Below, piece after piece: positions 1-11,286 of a DNA stretch of 64,000 bases. Position numbers and translations under genes: made by a program. Below the pieces are notes generated by a model. The model was given only the letters and a program-made list of their open reading frames with translations, searched no databases and had not been told where the DNA came from. Origin of the DNA: Perna viridis (taxonomy: Eukaryota); assembly GCA_037379345.1 (NCBI GenBank), contig CM074515.1, positions 20,770,001 through 20,834,000 of the forward strand, in the 5' to 3' direction. The stretch's first letter is position 1. The number at the start of each line of letters is the position of its first letter.

Positions 1-450
1 AGGCACGTTGAACAAATCAGCTTTCATGGCGCAGATGAATAAATACACCATAACGATCCACGAGCTCATGATGACGGCCATAAAACTTCTGTAGTGATGA
101 CTTAAATCTTGTATTAAATTATCCTGTACCAGCAGCCTTATTGTAAGAGTCTAGCGCGATACACAAAGTCTGCAAGCTCTTGCATAACGTATGAGTCGTG
201 ATATGAAAACTGCCGAAAGGATGTGCCACAGATGAAAGGACAGTTGACAATACGGAACGAAAATGTAATCGCGTTTGTCGTATAGCTTGCATGGTCAAAA
301 GTTTTCCTTTACTATCAATCTCTGAGTGTAGGTCAAGATATGAGGCTGACTTCACAGTTTCTGTAGTATCCTTTATCTCTAGTTCTTTGGGATAGATGCC
401 ATGTGTCAAGTCCCCGAAACTAGAATTGTTTAACGATAATACGTCATCTA
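1..450 (-). pseudogene. Penelope-like (probably Naiad-type) retroelement reverse transcriptase, C-terminal half, degenerate
   Basis: Minus strand reads DDVLSLNNSSFGDLTHGIYPKELEIKDTTETVKSASYLDL, then after a frameshift LYDKRDYISFRIVNCPF, typical of PLE RT motifs 5-7 and thumb. It has stops and frameshifts and is contiguous with 19505-19775 once the insertion is removed. Confidence 0.85.
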
Positions 451-825
451 CAGTACCAATAATTTACCAACGTTTAACTAACACATTTCTATTTTGTACT
501 GAAACTGTACTGTTGTAATGACTATTGAAACAGTACTGTATTTTACAGTAATGTTACAGTACTGTTACTTACAGTACTGTTTCATCACTGTCATCTACAG
601 TACTGTGTCATTACTGAATTTTACAGTACTGTTCCATTACTGAATTTTACAGTACTGTTCCATTACTGAATTTTACAGTACTGTTTTATTACTGAAGTTT
701 ACAGTACTGTTCTATTACTGAATTTCACAGTATTGTTTCATTACTGAATTTTACAGTACTGTTCCATTGCTGAATTTTACAGTACATTTTCAGTACTGTG
801 TGTGTAACAGTATCGTTTCAGTAAG
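451..825 (+). repeat. Left TIR plus subterminal 26-bp tandem array (ACTGAATTTTACAGTACTGTTCCATT) with palindrome ACAGTACTGT
   Basis: Unit starts at 613, 639, 665 and onward (26-bp period); mirrored at the right end. Confidence 0.9.
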
Positions 826-929
826 TTACAATTTAGTAATATAAGTAATATAATTCACTAAGTTGTAGATCTACCAATGAAATGTGTATATATCTGACAT
901 ATCAAACACTGACATTACTGGCAATACCT

Positions 930-1228
930 CACATGGCCTATGGCAAGGTGTGCTAAAATTTTAACACTAATGTATACTCTGACATCGTGATCATCTGCAA
1001 AATCCCATATATTGCAGGTTGATTTTGACCCTGCAAACACATATTTTTTTTGCAAATATCCTCTTAAAGACAAGATAATAAATGGTTAATCATTTTAGAT
1101 TTCATCCCTCTACCACTTGAAATTGAAGCTATGGACTTAAACCAAGAACTTAACCAAGGTTTTACGTACACATGGACAAGGGGAAAACTATATGTCTGAC
1201 CCACTATCGTGAGCGGGCCATTACTAAC
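930..1228 (-). mobile_element. Helentron/HINE-like fragment
   Basis: GCTATGGACTTAAACCAAGAAC...GGACAAGGGGAAAACTATATGTC...CCACTATCGTG resembles the end of the copy at 2280-2606. Confidence 0.45.
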
Positions 1229-1494
1229 GAACAATTGCTACATCCCTCTCCAACTCTGTTAAAATTGGGAACTAGAAATCTGACAAAGTCTGGAAGGGCC
1301 CTGTTTGTAACCAATCTACGTTTTTTTTTCAATAATTCAACAAATTTACACAGAATTTTGATATGCGAACCCTCAAATGGTACTGAATCACTGTGTAAAA
1401 TTTCATATCTCAACTCCATGTACATTGATATAGTATTTGTCTCGTCTGCAAATGAGGAGTGAGACATACATGTACAACAATTTAGGTATCACTT

Positions 1495-1925
1495 TACCGG
1501 CGACGTTAACTTTTAGGTTAAAATTTTATGAGCACCTCCATATCTCAGAAATTATAAGTTCTAGGTTGATACGTATGCATATGCCCCAGTAGTAGCCCAG
1601 CACAGCTGCATCCCCATCGTTTGACCTTGACCTTGATTTTCCAGTTGAATGACAATCTTCAATGCATATAATAGCAAGGTTAAAGTTTTATGAGCACCTT
1701 CATATCTCAGGAACTAAAAATCATAGGTTAATGAAACATGGTATGCATACACCTTTACAGATTTAAGTTGGGTTTTGTGATGGCGCAGGCAGGCGAGACG
1801 TACTTTAGTGTTAACTCTTGTTTGAGTTTTAAGTGTTCACAAGAAACTGTGGACGGACAGGTAGACGGACAGACACAGTGAAAACTATAGGGCACCACAT
1901 TTTCAATGCTGGGCCCTAATAATAA
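1495..1925. mobile_element. HINE-like fragments with ~160-bp internal duplication and GACG/GACA microsatellite
   Basis: GGTTAAA(A/G)TTTTATGAGCACCT(C/T)CATATCTCAG occurs at ~1516 and ~1678; GGACGGACAGGTAGACGGACAGAC at ~1850. Confidence 0.4.
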
Positions 1926-2279
1926 AATAATCTGAACCATGTAGCTAAACTAAAAATGACTGACAGAATTATATGTAAAGAAGTGGCTTCGGTTTTTTTA
2001 CTCTCCCTTTCAGTCGTTTTCTGTTTGACATACTCTCCATTTCCATTTTTTTCTAAGTGTTGGTTGCGATTGCAAGCAGGTCACAGAAACCCCCTGCCGT
2101 CTATCATTTAGGGATTTGTTTTTTTTTAATTTCTATTTTTTCAATGTGTTTTTTATGCGGAAAGATGAAATGACAATGGAATAGTATTGAAGCAATAAAA
2201 TGTAATTGTAAAGAACCAACAAATCAAACACAATAACACAAACATGAGGCTCAAAAGTAGCTTACATTCTTAACTATCT

Positions 2280-2606
2280 AACTAGATAAAGCGCCTATCA
2301 GACACGGATGTCCCGCCTGTTACTGCAATCAATTTATAGGCATTAAAAATGATCTTATTCATGATAAGTGGTGATATGAACCGTAACCAACTTGACCAAA
2401 GTCGTTCACGCATAAAATGTAGGTCATAGTGACCTAATTCATACTGGGCCATGATTTACTACCCAAGACACATCTACTGACCAAATATCATTGATGTACC
2501 ACATGTAGTATCTGAGATATGGACCTTAACCAAAATGTTACAGACAGACTGACGGACAAGGGTAAATCTATATGTCCCTACCACATACGTGGACGAGACA
2601 TAAAAA
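2280..2606 (-). mobile_element. Helentron/HINE-like non-autonomous element
   Basis: AACTAG terminus, GACAGACTGACGGAC microsatellite, CCAC...GTGG hairpin and ATAAAAA terminus match HINE architecture in reverse. Confidence 0.55.
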
Positions 2607-2685
2607 TGAACTATTGTTATTAAATGTTGTACGGTACATGTAATTTGTCAGTTGTGACCTTTAACATATGTAAGGTTTCAAATTT

Positions 2686-3407
2686 TCAATTCTGGTTTTG
2701 TTTGGTCAAAGCCTCGACAAGCTGGACCACCAGCTGTATTTTTTTCTCTTCGGTCTCCATTTTGGCCTTATGTTGTTCCTTTATCATTCCTATTAAATTT
2801 TGCTGGTCATGTCTTACAGTTTGTAGGTGACTGAAAATATCTTCGTTGGTAGTTGTTTTCTTTTTCTTTTTCAGATGTGTAGACTCCTCTACATCAACCT
2901 CACTAAAAGATTCATCATTGCTGGTCATGCTAGTAGAGGGTTTAACATGTACCGATACACCGGATTTCACACTAGGAACAAACTCTTCGGAAGAGCTTGT
3001 TCCTAGGGTAAAAACATGTGTCACCTTTGGCCTATATCCATAGCAGCCTTCTAACTCTTGGACAAATGCACACTCTTTCTTGCGGTCCCTTCCACTTTTC
3101 CTGTTATGATCCACAACGTCACGATAGTTGTTTGTTAGGTTCTTCCACTTCTGCTCGCATTGAGCACCACTAAAATTGTGACCTTTGTTTGAGATCTGCT
3201 CTGAAATTTTTAACCAAATATCGTTTTTCTTAATTGACGGTTTTGCAAACATATGCTCATATTGTTTATGTAACTCTATGAGTTGTGATGTGGCTTCTTT
3301 CGACCACTTTGAATTTGGTGTGCTGCATGATACTGGTGATGAAGCATCAGATAATACAGATTCCACATAGGATAGGCTAGACATTTTCTGTACAGATCCA
3401 TTTTTGC
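2686..3407 (-). CDS. Myb/SANT-like (trihelix, Myb_DNA-bind_4-type) DNA-binding protein, last coding exon; C-terminal coiled coil
   Basis: Intact ORF with WSKEATSQLIELH...IWLKISEQI...FSGAQCEQKWKNLTNNYRDVVDHNRKSG...CAFVQELEGCYG (three conserved Trp), Ser-rich linker, KKKKK NLS-like run and coiled-coil tail. Acceptor TTTTTATTTTAG|GC at 3408-3409 makes the ORF-track start probably intronic. Confidence 0.85.
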
Positions 3408-3736
3408 CTAAAATAAAAATGTTCATGGTTATTTTAGCCAAAATCTTCAGAGATTTCCATTTACTAGTGGTTGCTCATGTTTATTTTTGTTGTTTGTGGT
3501 TTTTCATGTTCGTTTTCTTGTTTCTGTTTCATGGGATGATTTTTTTCGTACCCTTTCTTTGCTATCATAAATGCTATTTGTCAAAATCTGTGACTTACGA
3601 ATTCATGAAAGTTTTTATTATTGCATCAAGTGTTTAATCACATTTATTGGCCAAGGTACATGTTGTTGGCTTTATATGACTATAGATTAGATTGTGAATA
3701 GACAATCTTACTCTATTCGTTTACATGTACTGATTA

Positions 3737-4412
3737 CTGTGAATTCATTTATTTTCATGGATATTAATTTTCTTTAATTTATGAAAAAGTGTTTGTGGAT
3801 TGTTAAATTGTTGATGCTGGATTTGGCTTCCTTTTTCGAACATTTTACTGGATTTTAGTCTCTTTTTTTTTTAACTCTCCCAATATCTTTGATTTTGTGC
3901 CTACCAATTTTTCCGATTTTAAGGGGACGACCATTTGATTTTGAGGTGGAGGGCTTTGCAGTTTTAGTCGGGTCAGAATATTTATTTTTGAAATTCTTCA
4001 GGTCAGAAAAATCCACTTCATGACAAGATTATTCATTTTTATACCTCATACGACAGAACCTTGGGCAAGATCATTCATTTTATTTATTTTCTGGGTGGCT
4101 CATGTCAGAATATTTATTTTCATGGTTTTCAAGGCCAGAATATTTATTTAAAAAGACTGCCTGGCCCCCCTCTCAGAATCAAATGGTTGTCCCCTAATGC
4201 TTCTGAATAGATGTTACTAATGAAAATATGCATGTATGTATCCAGCATTTCAAAATTTACAGTTGTTTTTTGACATTTCGGTCATATTTGTTTTTCTGAA
4301 GTGTACGGCATACAAAGCAATGTTAAATTTCCTTTTCATGGGGTACTAAATTTCATGGGTGGAGTCATGGTGGACCTATCCTGATCCCCCACGAAAAATA
4401 ATGAAACCTCAG
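3737..4412. mobile_element. Degenerate TA-flanked MITE (Tc1/mariner-type ends) in the Myb gene intron
   Basis: TA-CTGTGAATTCATTTATTTTCATGG at the left and CCACGAAAAATAATGAAACCTCAG-TA at the right; imperfect inverted match. Confidence 0.4.
3923..4194. mobile_element. PIF/Harbinger (Tourist-like) MITE with TAA target duplication
   Basis: TIRs GGGGACGACCATTTGATTTTGAG / CTCAGAATCAAATGGTTGTCCCC; TAA at 3920-3922 and 4195-4197. Confidence 0.8.
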
Positions 4413-4458
4413 TAAATGCTTCTACTAAAGATTTTTGCTCTGATTTTTTTTATCTTAC

Positions 4459-4787
4459 CAGATTCACTAGGGATATCTGCACAGACGTATTCCTCGAATG
4501 CTGGACACCAGTCCAAAAGCGTGTTTAAACCCAGGGATTTATTACTTCAACTGCCTCCTTTCGGTCAGGTGTAAGATTACTCATAATTTTCTGATACACA
4601 GTGGTTGTGTTCTTTTTCGTTATTACTGGTATATCTGCCGCTCCTACTTTCTTGGTAAATGTTTGGGCGTTATTGATATTTGATGTAAGGTATGACTTCA
4701 GGATATCTGCATTGGTATACTGATGATACTTTACAGGTATAAGTGTACTGAGAGGGCCGATGGGTTCTCCCTCAATATACAGCGTTT
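4459..4787 (-). CDS. Upstream exon of the Myb/SANT gene, with an apparent 1-nt frameshift near 4538-4540
   Basis: Acceptor TTTTATATTTTAG at 4788-4789 and donor G|GTAAGA at 4457-4458. The 3' frame LGLNTLLDWCPAFEEYVCADIPSES-G joins in phase 1 with GC of the 3407 exon (G|GC = Gly). The exon is 329 nt, one short of 330. Confidence 0.6.
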
Positions 4788-5029
4788 CTAAAATATAAAA
4801 ATGAAATTTAATTAAAGGGTGTGTATGTACATGCAAGCCACAGATGTCCATTCGTTACCGCAACATTTTGTAAGTTAACCCATTACTAAAGGAACACCAT
4901 TGCCCTACATGAAATAAATCAAATAATTGATTTGGACTTGGTTGCATATCGAAGCATACGATTGATACATGATAGTTGCTGAGAAATCCACTGTGTACTA
5001 ACGGACAACGACAACGGTTGTTTCGTATT

Positions 5030-5039
5030 ACTTCCGGTT
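5030..5039 (-). promoter_or_regulatory. ETS-type motif (AACCGGAAGT) upstream of the Myb gene, possible promoter element
   Basis: ACTTCCGGTT on + in a locally CpG-richer patch ~240 bp upstream of the 4787 exon; motif only. Confidence 0.3.
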
Positions 5040-6632
5040 TTCGGGAACTTTAAGAAAATGATCAAAATTTTTTGCTAGCGACATAATAACTTGTGTATCA
5101 AAATCACCCAAAATATTGCTGAAATTGATTAAATTAAGATTTTGATTTCCCCTTTGATGGTCCTAATTTTCATTTTTTATAGACATTTTGAGAAATACAT
5201 ATTTGACTTTGTTATTTTTAAAATGTGACGTCACAATGTGTGTAACGTCATAAACTCCTTGACGTAAACCATGAAAGGAGTTCAGGAAAGAAAATAGAAA
5301 TATTTTTTTGTGAAACAGAAACCTGCTGAGATTGCTTTACTAACAGTTACCGAAAAATCAATAGACATTATATTGCTATGATGAGGAAAACATACTAGCA
5401 TTAAAACATCGGGAACAGAAAAATAACTCGCTTTTTTTAGCATATCATAAGATATACTCTGATATTTATATGCCAAAAAATACGGGTTGTACACACGGTC
5501 CAAGAATTTAAAGCTGTTTGCAGGAGTGATGTGTACGTAATTCAGCCACTTTTGTTATAAACAGAAGTACATCGTTTGGTGTTTTACTAATGACAATTGA
5601 CATGATTACACGAGTACCCACTTTGCATATAGGGGGTCAATAGACATGCCTTCTTACTATCGTCCTATTTCAATTTGTTCTTTGTATAGTTTCCAAAATT
5701 TTTTAGGGACATGTTTGTTCGTATCTCTATGCATACATAAGTATTTAAATGATTAAAAAACGAATACAGGGAGATCAGTCTGATTTAAGACTAGTCCATT
5801 CACATTGAACATACATGTTCCTGGTAATTGATGAATGGTTGAAATATATGAATAACATTTCAGCAAGGTTTTTGATCTCGTAAATCATTTTACACTTGTT
5901 GGATAAGCTGAAATTAAATGGTATAGAGAGTATCCTTTGGCCCGAGTGAGCTAAAAAGGGGTTACCTGCCTGCAAAACATCCTTTGGAGATTATCCAACC
6001 GTACGAATATCATAGCGTTTTATAAAGTGGAAATGGCTTGTCAAGCTTTCCTATAGATGATGTTGGAATTGTGATGTCGGCCTAGATTTCATGAATTTAT
6101 TGTTCCAACCAGATGATTACTAAAATTTCTGTCAATGAGATGCTTACACTCCAATGAAGAATTTGCCCCTCCAAAAAACGTGTTCCTTTTTCACATTCAG
6201 TGGTCGTTTTGTTATGTAACATTTCATTTTCAAGTTTGGTGCCTTTACGAGTAATTTACAGTTGGTTGTCCAGAAGTTGAAGAACGGTGGAATATATTAT
6301 TGCAGCGATAGGGCAGACCATTACACCAGCAAAAAAAGAAGAAAAAGATGAAATATAGGGATGCCATGAATGGTGACTATAGAAATGCTTATCCAAAGTA
6401 TTTTTATTCTTAAAAAGAAAATATTTATGTATGGCTATCTTTGAAACCAGGTGCAGTTCTAGGATTATATCTTGGGGTGTAGAAGCGACAAGATGTCGGA
6501 GTCCCAAGTGGGTCAAGAGCAAGGCCATGTTGAGGAACCTCCGTTTTGACGGTTTAAGCATTGGATATTGAAGTAGACAGACTTACTGGTCTTGAAATAC
6601 GATATCAAACAAGAAAAAAATTAGGTCTACAA

Positions 6633-6733
6633 CACGCTGGGTATCATAATGTTCACAACAAACCGGAGCATAAAATTGATTATAGCGCCGTCAAAAACAG
6701 CTCCAAGTTCAGTGTGTTATGATACTCAGCGTG
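6633..6733. mobile_element. 101-bp MITE with CAC termini and 5-bp TSD (Transib-like)
   Basis: TIRs CACGCTGGGTATCATAA / TTATGATACTCAGCGTG; TACAA at 6628-6632 and 6734-6738. Confidence 0.75.
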
Positions 6734-7779
6734 TACAAGTACTTTCATACAACTAAATACTGGCAGGGCATAATGTAAAATATATGTATATGAAAATGCA
6801 AGTCTCTTTTCGACTCTTCGCTCATCGATCAAATTAAGAGATCAAGGGACTCAGGGAATATTTCTAGAAAAGGTTACATCACAATTCAAGAAGTAAATAA
6901 TATTAGTTTGGGATGACAAGATTCCTCCCTCTAAATAAAGTATAATTCCGAATCCTGAACCAGATAATAGCATGGGTCTAACTTCGAATGAAAAATAGCT
7001 GCATCATATGTTAAGTTTAACAATAGGTACAGACCATTTTCTTTTTCTTGACATAGGGAGGGGGCTGCGATTTTATGTTTATATAGAAATATATCCGTGC
7101 AAGCGTGAAAATAATAACTTTTTTCCAACAGTTGCCGGATTTAAACATTTTTATTTGATAATTTACATTGTCAAGTAATGGAGGAATTATTAATATTATT
7201 CTTTTCAGGCCATGGATGAGTAAAAAAATAGCTCAAATTTGGATTATTTTTTTCAATCAATGACATGCTTTATATCAACCTTTATAAATATTCGCGTTTA
7301 GAAAGGAAAATCATACACAATTTGAAATAAGAAAGTAAATAAATACCATTGTTAGTTAAAGACATACATGTAGCAGTAACGTATAAAATGAGGTAGAATT
7401 GGGGAACACTGCAATAGCTGTTTTTCACTGTTTGTGTTCGGTTGATAGCTTTTTAAATTATTTATTTATTCTTTGCAGTATAAACATTTATCACACTGGC
7501 AGATAGTTTGCATTTCGGGACGAACATATTCATAAAAATAGAATAGCTTTATTCTACTCGGATTTTGTATGAGAATGATAGCTCACAGAATACTACTCCA
7601 TTACCACAGGAACTAAGGACCAGGATTTTTCCCTCTTAAAAATATCATTAAATCATTTTGTTTCCATATTTGAGTTATTATGTGTGTTCTCTGACATGTC
7701 CGTTTGCTATTTATTGCTGTTTATACTAGGCGGTTTGTATCCAGATGTTTCGGCCATTGTACAAGAGGAAAACAGATTA

Positions 7780-8420
7780 CCTATAGTCGGCGTCACATAA
7801 ATAACATACTGTTAAAATTTGAATAAAAATATTTTCTACGACTTTATTGACACCTACCGTCGTTTAAATTGTCTTAAATGACTTGCTCATTCGTTTAGCC
7901 AAACGGCTTCTCCCTAAACATTGAATCGTTAAATTCCGGTCAGATTTTAATTCTAGGTGGCAATATTTACATTGTAAAAAGTCGGCCATGTTTACAGTGA
8001 TCGGGTTGCTAGGAGATGTTGTTTACGTTTAAATGGTTTGTCCAAAAACCGAAGAACCCAGAATGCAATTCGGCGTTATTTCGGATATCTCGGATTTATT
8101 TTACGCGAACAACGTATAATACCGAGAAGTTGATCAAGCAGACGATTGTCACCGGAGTTCGACGGGAACTTACGCACTTCGTTTGTAAACAAATCGTCCC
8201 GTAAAAACCAACATGGCGGATATTAGTATGGGATTTTCCCGTAAGGATTTGTTACGCATGATTTAAGCTAATAAGCGACTTGTTTTTGAGAAGCTGTTTG
8301 GCTAAACGAATGAGCAAGTCATTTAAGACAATTTAAACGACGGTTGGTGTCAATAAAGTCGAAGAAAATATTTTTATTCAAATTTTAACAGTATGTTATT
8401 TATGTGACGCCGAGTATAGG
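7780..8420. mobile_element. MITE with ~130-bp TIRs
   Basis: 7780-7911 (CCTATAGTCGGCGTCACATAAATAAC...GCCAAACGGCTTCTC) is the near-perfect reverse complement of 8288-8420; TA/TATA at the ends. Confidence 0.85.
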
Positions 8421-8726
8421 CAATGATGATGATTTACTCATTGAGAGGTACTTGTAAGTAAGCAAAGACGATGTTATATATTAGCGGATTAAATGGGCGA
8501 AAAGAAGGTTCACACCCCTCGGGAAATCAATTACACATACTTTTTATTCATGTGTTTTTTTTTCCAAAAATTTTACCCCCACCGAAACATTCTAAGTCAC
8601 GATCTGCTTACCAAAAAATAATGTGACTAAACTAACACTAAGCCAAAAACATAATATCAGCCTATACGAAACTCGCACAGGATGAGAGCATGCATGGGGG
8701 AAGTGGAAAAAGAATGTCAGTAAATT

Positions 8727-9325
8727 AAGGGACAGTGACCAGACATGGAAAACAGACTAGCACCACAAAGAACATGAGGTAAAATAATACATTCAAAGTA
8801 ACAAAAGTAACAGAGCAATTCGGACACCACTAAAAACTGTGAACATGGACCAGGTGCACCGGTAGGGTAAGTGCCCTCTGCTTTTCTGGAAACACCCGCC
8901 GAGTTGATCGTTCACTCCTTGAGACGTTCACATTTCCTATTTAAGCGTTCGTGCATCGTTTATCGTGCGTTTACTCATAGTTTTGCGTTCGTTTATTTTT
9001 GTACTGTGATTATTTCCTTGATTTAACTCTTATTTTTATATTTTTGGCGATTTTTGATTTATATAATTTCATTAATTTTATTTTCTATTTTTTCTGTCTT
9101 CATTATATGTCAATATTATTATTTTTCCTCGTTCGTCTATCGTGCGTTTAAACGCACGCTGGGGCGTTCGTTTATCTGCGTTTAAACGCACGATAGAAGC
9201 GTTCGTTTATCGTGCGTTTTGGTGAGCGTTTAGCGTGTGTTTGGATATCGTGCGTGCGGGAAGCCTAAACGTCTCAAGGAGTGTAAAAGTCAAGTCCGAG
9301 GTACACAAAAGAGGAAAGGAAAACT
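8727..9325 (-). mobile_element. 3' end of the Penelope-like element, interrupted by a MITE
   Basis: Homologous to 51918-52130 (GGACCAGGTGCACCGGTAGGGTAAG...AACACCC(G/A)CCGAGTTG...AAAAGTCAAGTCCG), which continues into RT C-terminal coding sequence. Confidence 0.7.
8913..9283. mobile_element. CACT-ended (EnSpm-like) MITE with TTTATCGTGCGTTT subterminal repeats
   Basis: Perfect 16-bp TIR CACTCCTTGAGACGTT / AACGTCTCAAGGAGTG; the corresponding empty site is visible in the paralogous repeat at ~52085. Confidence 0.8.
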
Positions 9326-9355
9326 GACAGGTTAAAAAACAAATAAGTTTTTATG

Positions 9356-9471
9356 GCCCTTGTGTGAATCGGAAACTGGGTAATGCTCAGTGCTAACCGA
9401 CCATTTCATCTTTTAATGAAATGATCGGTTAGCAATGAACATTACCCAGTTTTCGATTCAGACACAGGGGC
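9356..9471. repeat. ~115-bp imperfect palindrome (hairpin MITE)
   Basis: GAATCGGAAACTGGGTAATGCTCAGTGCTAACCGACCATTTCAT pairs with ATGAAATGATCGGTTAGCAATGAACATTACCCAGTTTTCGATTC. Confidence 0.75.
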
Positions 9472-10920
9472 TCAACGTTACAATTGACTATATAAGTCAT
9501 ATACATTATCAGGGCCCCGATATCTATATATATCTTTTGCCAGTGGTTTCATTGGTTCCCTGGTCAACGACTTACTTCCTGGTAACCAGTTGTCAACACT
9601 TTAGAGGCATTTGGTACGGCATCTGAGCCTTGTCTAGTTCCGTAAAAAGTGCTATTTCTGAGAGTGACAATGCGTTTCCTTCGATTTCGAGTCCTGCTTT
9701 AAAGAGAGATAGCTAAGAGAAGAGCATTGTCAGGTCAACAAAGTGTTTGACGATCCTTTGAATGAATATAGTGTTAAAGAGATTGTAAGTTAGCATTAGG
9801 TGGAGGACAGGGACACCTACATTGTAATTGTAAGAAAGGTTGTAAAAGTGTTGAAAGTGTAAGTGCAAAAAAAAATGAAAGTGATGTATAATTCAAAGTG
9901 TCAAATGTCAACAACTTGTAGCAGTAAGTACAAAGGTAAATAAATCATGCATGTGTTTTGTAAATATACGTTTATCATTGTTCAGTCATTTATCATACAT
10001 AAAATTATAGTGTGATATCATCATATCCACCAAATCTATTTTTTTAAGTTTTACAAAATTAGGTGCACCAGGCATATCAAAATTTCGATTTTTCTTTTTT
10101 TTTACTGGTTAAAGTGTCGCTATTTAGTTTATGTTGTCCTGTATAAGATTGGATGTGTTGTATTTTCATTATTGACATACACGTTATTGTGTACTAACTT
10201 TCTACAACATATACGTCGAAATGTTGCTCTTCGTATTTCTGAAAAAAAAAAAGGGTTATCAAAATGATATACCTATAGCTACATATCCTTTGCAAAAGAT
10301 GATCATTTTGACAGACATCTTTGATTTTATGCGAATGTCGCAGTTTTGCTGAAATTGTTGAAAAAGTAATACAATTTGTGTTCACGATCCTGAACTTACT
10401 CCATTAATAATGCAAGCTGCTATACGTACATGTAACATATATCATCAATCATTTCTCTTAGTTGACAGTATGGCGGGGATGATGCAGCATTTCTTTAATA
10501 TATTTTAATATATCATTCATATTCAAGACAACAGAAACCACTTTAAAACTCCTTCAGTGCCATGATATTTTGCCTATACTTCCTTTGAGGGCCAATGATC
10601 GGTCAAGATGCTATTCACAAGAACACGGAACGTAGTACCTTGTTTCCGTATTGTTTTTCATTGTTGACGTCAAATGTTACTTACAGGTTTTTTCGAAATC
10701 ACCGCAACCATTTATTTTCAACTTAATTCAAAGTTTTTTTTAACTTGAGCTAATCGATTTAGCGGTGAGTCCAGAAAAACATGCAACGGTTGCGATGTTA
10801 TGTATTGGGTTAATTATGGCTCAGTAAATAGTAAATGCTAATTAACTAGATCAGGATTAAGATTAATGTTAACAGTTATATGCACAGACTTTCTTACGAC
10901 CATCTGTTGATTGATCCCAG

Positions 10921-11286
10921 TATCAGTGGCCGTTCATGTCAAAATAGGGATATTTCTATCGGCTTACTTTTAACAAGTACTGGCTTACTTTTCAAAAGTA
11001 TCGGCTTACTTGTTAAAAGTATCGGCATACTTATCAAAAGTAAGCCGATACAACAACTTTATGCTTAGTGAAAAAAGTAACGGCATACTTTTCAAAAGTA
11101 AGCCGATACTTTTGAAAAGTATGTCGTTACTTTTTTCACTATGCATAAAGTTTTTGTATCGGCTTACTTTTGAAAAGTATGCCGATACTTTTGATAAGTA
11201 TGCCGATACTTTTAACAAGTAAGCCGATACTTTTGAAAAGTAAGCCGATAGAAATATCCCTATTTTGACATGAACGGCCACTGATA
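10921..11286. mobile_element. Foldback-type MITE, almost entirely palindromic, with ~20-bp internal repeats
   Basis: TATCAGTGGCCGTTCATGTCAAAATAGGGATATTTCTATCGGCTTACTTTT and its exact reverse complement at 11236-11286; internal AAAAGTATCGGCTTACTTTT repeats; flanked by ATCCCAG(T/C)AT direct repeats. Confidence 0.88.

Noticed and set aside
451-825. Regular 26-bp repeats as a CRISPR array
   Set aside because: Head-to-tail repeats with no unique spacers, eukaryotic context, and mirrored at 19025-19504 as transposon subterminal repeats.
3408-3441. ORF-track N-terminus MAKITMNIFIL of the Myb protein
   Set aside because: Non-ATG start, and the sequence is a polypyrimidine tract plus AG acceptor, so probably intronic.
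5900-6600. Possible degenerate coding sequence or transposase inside the large element
   Set aside because: The frames I translated have multiple stops and no recognisable DDE, Harbinger or EnSpm motif; needs a profile search.
6640-6665. RSS nonamer-like ACAACAAACC after the CACGCTG heptamer
   Set aside because: Spacer is not 12 or 23 bp and there is no counterpart at the other end.
10880-11281. Repetitive ORFs (KVSAYL repeats)
   Set aside because: Translation artefacts of the foldback MITE's internal repeats.
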